DNA from: Clostridiales bacterium
Lineage (GTDB): Bacteria > Bacillota > Clostridia > Christensenellales > JAISNN01
Length of the DNA stretch: 64,000 nucleotides
Assembly (NCBI GenBank): GCA_031276195.1
Contig: JAISNN010000077.1
Coordinates: 5,165-69,164 of the forward strand
Direction: 5' to 3'
The translations under genes were made by a program, and so were the position numbers. Below the pieces are notes generated by a model. That model worked only from the letters and a program-made list of their open reading frames with translations, had not been told where the DNA came from and did no database searches. Shown here one piece after another: positions 58,668-64,000 of the stretch. Numbering within the stretch: position 1 is the stretch's first letter; every line of letters starts with the position of its first letter.

Positions 58668-59867
58668 ATGATTAAGGTTTTGATTTTCGGAATCAGCGGA
58701 AAAATGGGGCATATGATATACTCTCAACTCCAAAACCACGAAAGGTTAAAGGCGGTCGCGGGGATTGACAAATACGCCGTCAAGATAGATTTCGACGTCC
58801 CCGTCTTTCCCGACGTCAAGGACTGCGCGGTCGTACCCGACGTGATAATCGACTTTTCGCGCCCCGACTCGCTCCAAGACATCCTTGCCTACGCCGTCCC
58901 GAACAATATTCCCGTCGTCCTCGCCACGACGGGCTATTCCGCCGAACAACTCGACAAAATTTCGCGCGCCTCAAAAGACGTTCCGATTTTTATGACGAGC
59001 AATATGTCTCTCGGCATAAATCTTTTGATCTCCCTCGCCAAACAAGCGGCCGGCTTTTTGGGCGGCGGTTTCGACGTCGAGATCGTCGAGCAGCACCACA
59101 ACCAAAAGGCGGACTCCCCCAGCGGCACCGCGCTTTCGATCGCGCGCGCCGTCAACGAAATTTTTTCGGAGGACAAGGAATTCGTCTACGGCAGATGCGG
59201 AAATTCATCCAAACGCCGCCCCTCCGAAATAGGGATTCACGCCGTGCGCGGCGGGACGATCGTCGGCAAACACGACGTGATGTTTATCGGCACGGACGAA
59301 GTCATAACTCTCACCCACGAGGCGCAGAGCAGGCGCGTTTTCGCGGCGGGAGCGATCCGCGCCGCCGAATATATCGTCGGGAAAAAACCGAAAATCTACG
59401 GTATGAACAACCTCTTAGGGCCGGACTATTCCGTAACGGGCGTCCGCGTCGAAAACGATATCACGGTGTTCAATATCGCGAATACCGATATCGCGGAATA
59501 CATAAAAATGTTCGACGCGTTCGCAAAGGAAAATATCAATATCGATATGATAAGTCAGGTCTATAACGCGGGCGGTTCGGTCGCTATAAGTTTCACCGTA
59601 AAGGATAAAAAATCCGAAAAATCCAAAACCGTTCTGGAAAATCAAAAAATTAAGTTCTCCGCCGTCAACGGTACCGCCAAAATCACCTGCGAAGGCGCGG
59701 GTATGGAATACCAAAGCGGCGTGTTTAAAGATATCGTCAATATCCTGCGCGGAGTCGGCGCGAAAATCTATCTCGTAACCACAAGCGAAACCAAAATCTC
59801 TTGCTGCGTCGACTCCCCCTCCGCGAAAGAAGCCGAAAAACTAATCGCAGATTACTATATTAAATAA
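58668..59867 (+). CDS. dapB: 4-hydroxy-tetrahydrodipicolinate reductase fused to C-terminal tandem ACT-like regulatory domains
   Basis: residues 1-265 = DapB (GxxGxMG N-terminus, E.HH..K.D.PSGTA catalytic motif); residues about 270-399 resemble aspartokinase-type ACT domains (ISFTV, KISCCV patterns). Confidence 0.8.
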   Translation: MIKVLIFGISGKMGHMIYSQLQNHERLKAVAGIDKYAVKIDFDVPVFPDVKDCAVVPDVIIDFSRPDSLQDILAYAVPNNIPVVLATTGYSAEQLDKISRASKDVPIFMTSNMSLGINLLISLAKQAAGFLGGGFDVEIVEQHHNQKADSPSGTALSIARAVNEIFSEDKEFVYGRCGNSSKRRPSEIGIHAVRGGTIVGKHDVMFIGTDEVITLTHEAQSRRVFAAGAIRAAEYIVGKKPKIYGMNNLLGPDYSVTGVRVENDITVFNIANTDIAEYIKMFDAFAKENINIDMISQVYNAGGSVAISFTVKDKKSEKSKTVLENQKIKFSAVNGTAKITCEGAGMEYQSGVFKDIVNILRGVGAKIYLVTTSETKISCCVDSPSAKEAEKLIADYYIK

Positions 59868-60163
59868 CGGAAAATTCATTTTACGCGCGGGAAAACTTTT
59901 CTAAAACTTTTAGTAAATTTAAAACACGGTTTTACGTTATAAAACTTTCACTATTAAAAAAACTTCTCTCTTAAAAAACAAGAGAGAAGTTTTTTAAAAA
60001 GGAATTTTATTTATATTTTTTCGTCTTTTCTTTTAAGTAAAACCGCTAAAATCTTAATTGAAATCTCCGGAATTCCCGGCCGAAATTGTGAAAATCTTAA
60101 CAAACTTTATTTTTTGCGGTTATTTACTTGCCATATTTTTATAATTGGCTTATAATATATAGC

Positions 60164-60193
60164 AGTTGAACTTTTAAATCAAACATATGTTTG
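60164..60193. promoter_or_regulatory. 26-bp perfect palindrome TTTAAATCAAACATATGTTTGATTTAAA (operator-like) upstream of serC
   Basis: perfect dyad; a near-identical dyad (TTTTAAATCAAACGTACTTTTGATTTAAAAG) occurs at 6082-6112, there embedded in a larger GAGCGGTT...AACCGCT inverted repeat. Confidence 0.5.
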
Positions 60194-60381
60194 ATTTAAA
60201 ACCGCTCTATAAGAGCGGCGGCGAAATGCAAGCATTTTGCCGGATTTACCGCTATGACGGCATTAAACGGGCGGATTTCCGCCCTCCGCCGCCTTTATAC
60301 GACGGCGGATTTTAATCCGTACACTGAATAAAACAGACTATAATATAACCTATAATAACAAAAAGGGAGTTCGATAAAAAA

Positions 60382-61458
60382 ATGAGAGTTTACAATTTTT
60401 CAGCCGGCCCGTCGATGCTTTTCGAGGACGTTTTAAAAGAGGTTCAAGCCGATATGCTGTCCTACAAGGGTTCGGGGTTATGCGTCGCGGAGATGAGTCA
60501 TCGTTCCAAGGATTATATGGAAATTCATTCGGAATTTATAAGTCTTCTCCGCGAATTGATGGAAATTCCGGAGGGTTACGACGTTCTTTTGCTTCAAGGC
60601 GGCGCGTCGCAGCAATTCGACGCGATCCCGCTCAACCTCTTAAAAAACGGCAAAGCGGACTACGTTATCACGGGGCACTGGTCGGAGCGCGCTTTTTCGC
60701 AGGCCGCGCCTTTGGGGGACGTCGCCGCCGTCGCGTCGTCTAAGGAGTCCGTGTTCACGTACGTTCCCGAACTTCCGTCGTCTATATTCCGCGGCGGCAC
60801 GGATTACGTTCACATCACGACGAACAACACCATTTACGGCACGAGATACACCTCCCTTCCCGACACCGAATCCCCTTTGGTCGCGGACGCGTCGTCGAAC
60901 ATTTTGAGTGAAAAGACGGACGTTTCAAAGTTCGGAGTCATATACGCGGGGGCGCAAAAGAATATCGGGCCGGCGGGTCTGACCGTCGTCATAATCAAAA
61001 AATCCTTAATTTGCAAGGATTTGCCGCGTTACTGCCCCAAAATGCTCAAATATTCCACGCAAGCCGAGGCGGACAGTCTTTTCAACACGCCGCCGTGTAT
61101 GGCGATTTATATGTCGCTTTTGACCTTGCGGCATCTCAAAAAACTCGGCGGAATCGGCGCGGTTCAAAAGATAAACGAGGAAAAAGCCGGTCTTCTCTAT
61201 GACTTTATCGACAATTCCGCGTTCTACAAAAACAACGTAAACAAAAAAGACCGTTCGCTTATGAACGTTCCCTTCCTCTCGCCGAACGGCGACCTTGACA
61301 AAAAGTTTATTAAAGAATCCGCGGCGGCGGGGCTGCTCACTTTGGCTGGGCATAAGACCGTCGGGGGGATGAGAGCGTCGATATATAACGCTATGCCGAT
61401 CGAAGGAGTTAAGGCTTTGATCGGATTTATGAAAAAATTTGAAATTGAGAATAAGTGA
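60382..61458 (+). CDS. serC: 3-phosphoserine/phosphohydroxythreonine aminotransferase
   Basis: 358 aa; MRVYNFSAGPS N-terminus, PLP-lysine region GAQKN.GP.G. Confidence 0.92.
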   Translation: MRVYNFSAGPSMLFEDVLKEVQADMLSYKGSGLCVAEMSHRSKDYMEIHSEFISLLRELMEIPEGYDVLLLQGGASQQFDAIPLNLLKNGKADYVITGHWSERAFSQAAPLGDVAAVASSKESVFTYVPELPSSIFRGGTDYVHITTNNTIYGTRYTSLPDTESPLVADASSNILSEKTDVSKFGVIYAGAQKNIGPAGLTVVIIKKSLICKDLPRYCPKMLKYSTQAEADSLFNTPPCMAIYMSLLTLRHLKKLGGIGAVQKINEEKAGLLYDFIDNSAFYKNNVNKKDRSLMNVPFLSPNGDLDKKFIKESAAAGLLTLAGHKTVGGMRASIYNAMPIEGVKALIGFMKKFEIENK

Positions 61459-61504
61459 GTTTTGCCGTTAGAGATTATCTTTCGCGGATTGCAAGTTTAA
61501 GAGC

Positions 61505-61712
61505 CGTCAGCCTCCAAAATTCCCCTCCGTGGGAGGGGATAAGGAAGCGGAGATTAAACGGAACGAATTTTGAATAGCGGATTTTTTAGATAGGAAGCGG
61601 CTTGTTTTTGCGGGCAATAGCATTCGCTATTGTCAAAAAGACAAGGCGGTTTATAGCAAAAAAGACGCATTCTAAAATCCGTTCAAGTTTACTCGACGAT
61701 TCCAAGGGTGGG
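61505..61712. repeat. long-form interspersed element (about 205 bp), copy A, upstream of serA
   Basis: CCCCTCCGTGGGAGGGG at the left end, internal GCAATAGCATTCGCTATTG palindrome, CCAAGGGTGGGGCG at the right end; about 97% identical to 63419-63618. Confidence 0.85.
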
Positions 61713-61993
61713 GCGGCCGTTAAAAAAACTTTCGCGGATTGCAAGTTTAAGCGTTGTCTAAAACGACAAAATTATTCATTGAAAAAAGGATATAATGTTT
61801 GAGAGTTGAGTAATTTAAGAGTTATCTGAAACATTATATATTCGTAATATATAGTATGTATGCCGTTTGCGGACCGCGCAGCCCCCCCTTTTTCGGGGGA
61901 AACCGGCAATTAAACGCGGAAAAAACGGCATTTAAAAAAACCGAAACCAAAACGGCATTTAAAAAATCCCCTTAGCGGAAAGTCTCCAAAATT

Positions 61994-62030
61994 CCCCTCC
62001 GTGGGAGGGGTTGGGGTGGGGCGACCGATT
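61994..62030. repeat. short palindromic interspersed element
   Basis: AATTCCCCTCCGTGGGAGGGGTTGGGGTGGGGCGACCGATT. Confidence 0.85.
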
Positions 62031-62248
62031 AGAAAAAGTCCGTCCTCCGTATCGCGATAAAAATTTCCTAAAAAAACGGATTACAAAAAAATTTAAAACA
62101 AGAAAGCAAAACAATCAAAATAAAACAAGAAAAACAGTCAAAACAAACTAAAACCCATTATAAATCATTATAAACCAAACCAAACGTTATAAAACGAACC
62201 AAACCAAACCCAAAAAAACATTATAAAACAAGGAAACCGATATAAAAT

Positions 62249-63412
62249 ATGTATAAAATTTTAAAATTGAATGAAATAAGCGACCGAATCGACGCGATTT
62301 TTGATGAAAACTATTCCTGCACCGACGACGCGAACGAAGACGCGGACGGCATAATCGTCCGCAGTTTCAAGATGGCGGATTTTAATACGGGCGGCAGGCT
62401 CAAAGCCGTCGCGCGCGCGGGCGCGGGCGTAAACAACATTCCGATAGACAAGATGACGGAAAAGAACGTCGTCGTTTTCAACACTCCGGGCGCGAACGCG
62501 AACGCCGTCAAGGAACTTGTCATTTGTTCTTTGCTTTTGGCTTCCCGAAAGGTTACGGAGTCGATCGGCTGGGCGGCGGCGCAGAAGGGCAAGGGCGGCG
62601 AAGTCCCGAAACTCGTCGAGAAGTTTAAAAACCAATTTGTCGGACCCGAAATCGCGGGGAAAACTCTCGGCGTGATCGGTTTGGGCGCGATCGGGATTCT
62701 GGTTGCGAACGCCGCGATCGGTTTGGATATGAAGGTTTTGGGGTATGACCCGTATCTCAGCGTCGAGTCCGCGCTCACCTTAAACAACAAAGTCGGGCAT
62801 ACCAAGGACATAAACGCCCTTTATGCCGCGAGCGACTATATAACTTTGCATCTTCCCCTTTTGCCCTCGACTTCGGGTATGATAAACGCCGAAACGATCG
62901 CCAAGATGAAAGACGGCGTAAAACTTATCAATTGCGCGCGCGGCGAATTAGCGGACAACGCCGCGGTGATTGCGGCGGTGAGTTCGGGCAAGGTCGCCAA
63001 GTACGTAACGGATTTTCCGACGGACGACGTTTTGAACGTCGAAAACATAATTGCGATTCCCCATCTCGGCGCGTCCACGCCCGAAGCGGAGGACAACTGC
63101 GCGGTTATGGCGGCGAAACAACTCAAAGACTACCTTGAAAACGGCAATATCGTAAACAGCGTGAACTACCCCGCGGCGGTTTTGCCGCGCAGCGGAAAAG
63201 CGCGGATCACGATCACGCACAAAAATATAAGCGGTATGATATCGCAGGCGGCGGCTTTCCTCTCCGACTCAAAAATTAATATCTCGAATATGCTCAGCGC
63301 GACGCGCGGCGACCTCGGCTATATGATAATCGATACCGACGACGCCGTACCCGAAAAAACTATATCCGAAATGAAAAAAATCCAAGGCTTCCTGCAAATC
63401 AATATATATTAA
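62249..63412 (+). CDS. serA: D-3-phosphoglycerate dehydrogenase (short form with C-terminal ACT)
   Basis: 387 aa; 2-hydroxyacid DH NAD-binding GxGxIG (GVIGLGAIG), catalytic R/E/H region, C-terminal ACT (ITHKNISGMIS). Confidence 0.88.
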   Translation: MYKILKLNEISDRIDAIFDENYSCTDDANEDADGIIVRSFKMADFNTGGRLKAVARAGAGVNNIPIDKMTEKNVVVFNTPGANANAVKELVICSLLLASRKVTESIGWAAAQKGKGGEVPKLVEKFKNQFVGPEIAGKTLGVIGLGAIGILVANAAIGLDMKVLGYDPYLSVESALTLNNKVGHTKDINALYAASDYITLHLPLLPSTSGMINAETIAKMKDGVKLINCARGELADNAAVIAAVSSGKVAKYVTDFPTDDVLNVENIIAIPHLGASTPEAEDNCAVMAAKQLKDYLENGNIVNSVNYPAAVLPRSGKARITITHKNISGMISQAAAFLSDSKINISNMLSATRGDLGYMIIDTDDAVPEKTISEMKKIQGFLQINIY

Positions 63413-63418
63413 AACCTC

Positions 63419-63618
63419 CATACATTCCCCTCCGTGGGAGGGGATAAGGAAGCGGAGATTAAACGGAACGAATTTTGAATAGCGGATTTTTTAGATAGAA
63501 AGCGGCTTGTTTTTGCGGGCAATAGCATTCGCTATTGCCAAAAAGACAAGACGGTTTATGGCAAAAAAGACCCATTCTAAAATCCGTTCAAGTTTACTCG
63601 ACGATTCCAAGGGTGGGG
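63419..63618. repeat. long-form interspersed element, copy B, immediately downstream of serA
   Basis: begins 7 bp after the serA stop; direct repeat of 61505-61712. Confidence 0.85.
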
Positions 63619-63648
63619 CGTCCGTTTGTTTTATTTCTATTTTTACGA

Positions 63649-63746
63649 GTGGGAAAACTTTTTAAAAAGTTTTCCCACTCACCCCTTTTCAAAAACTTTT
63701 AGTAAAATAAAAAAACTTCCGTTTGATTTCGATACGGAAGTTTTTT
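63649..63746 (+). terminator. tandem terminators after serA (palindromic GGGAAAACTTTTT-family element + canonical hairpin/T-run)
   Basis: GTGGGAAAACTTTTTAAAAAGTTTTCCCAC perfect palindrome; then CTTCCGT-N11-ACGGAAG followed by TTTTTT at 63717-63746. Confidence 0.6.
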
Positions 63747-63785
63747 ATTTATCTTAATCTTTTTTATTTGACTTAATCCCAATCC

Positions 63786-64000
63786 TTATTCCGCGATATC
63801 GTTCCACGGTGTGGGGATTGATATTCCGCTCTCGTTCTCGACATATTTCCAGCCGTCCTCTTTTCTTTCGTCGGGCGAATACCAATACACGGGACCGAGG
63901 TTGCCATAATAATCCGAAGTGTTAAAACCGTTCGCCCAGCCGCTCTCCTCGAAACTCCCCGCCTCGGCAAAAATCGTCGCGGGGAAATAGGACAAGCCGT
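63786..64000 (-). CDS. C-terminal fragment of an unknown gene extending beyond the window end
   Basis: open frame to the window edge on the minus strand (.. WYSPDERKEDGWKYVENESGISIPTPWNDIAE*); no recognisable domain. Confidence 0.3.
   Translation of the reverse strand, partial: GLSYFPATIFAEAGSFEESGWANGFNTSDYYGNLGPVYWYSPDERKEDGWKYVENESGISIPTPWNDIAE

Overview
This is about 64 kb of bacterial chromosome with GC-richer coding sequence and AT-rich, T-run-rich intergenic regions. The organism is not identifiable from sequence alone.

Gene content:
- 1-30.5 kb, mostly minus strand: a shikimate/aromatic amino-acid cluster (aroQ; aroF, aroB, aroA, aroC, pheA, and an aroE/aroK fusion) interleaved with glycan-utilisation genes: galE, a NahK-like N-acetylhexosamine kinase, a GH18-like hydrolase, a GH2 beta-galactosidase, a polysaccharide deacetylase, and later a DUF4874/4832-like and a clan GH-A hydrolase.
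- Also present: ackA-pta, a heterodimeric ABC exporter pair, potABCD, asd-dapA-dapB, and serC-serA.

Unusual content:
1. In-frame tandem-repeat, low-complexity insertions inside conserved enzymes (AroA, AroB, AroC, AroE/K, LacZ-like, PotA, ABC NBD).
2. A family of GC-rich palindromic interspersed elements (CCCCTCCGYGGGAGGGG ... GGGGTGGGGCGA) in about 37-bp short and about 200-bp long forms. The long forms flank serA as direct repeats.
3. A second palindrome family (GGGAAAACTTTTT/AAAAAGTTTTCCC) at gene 3' ends.
4. A low-GC island (37.9-39.5 kb) with an XRE regulator divergent from a two-gene operon (2-TM coiled-coil protein plus a small HNH nuclease). This is a candidate novel defence/abortive-infection-like module.
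5. A decayed tandem cassette array of gene-junction fragments around two small genes (19.1-20.5 kb).
6. A candidate lysine riboswitch (L-box) about 2 kb upstream of asd-dapA-dapB, separated from them by a 46-bp x7 tandem array and an unrelated gene.
7. A DapB-ACT fusion.
8. A doubly anchored PotD with triplicated tail-coding repeats.
9. Several perfect-consensus sigma70 promoters, one of which drives a structured small RNA of unknown class.

No rRNA, tRNA, CRISPR array or transposase was recognised.
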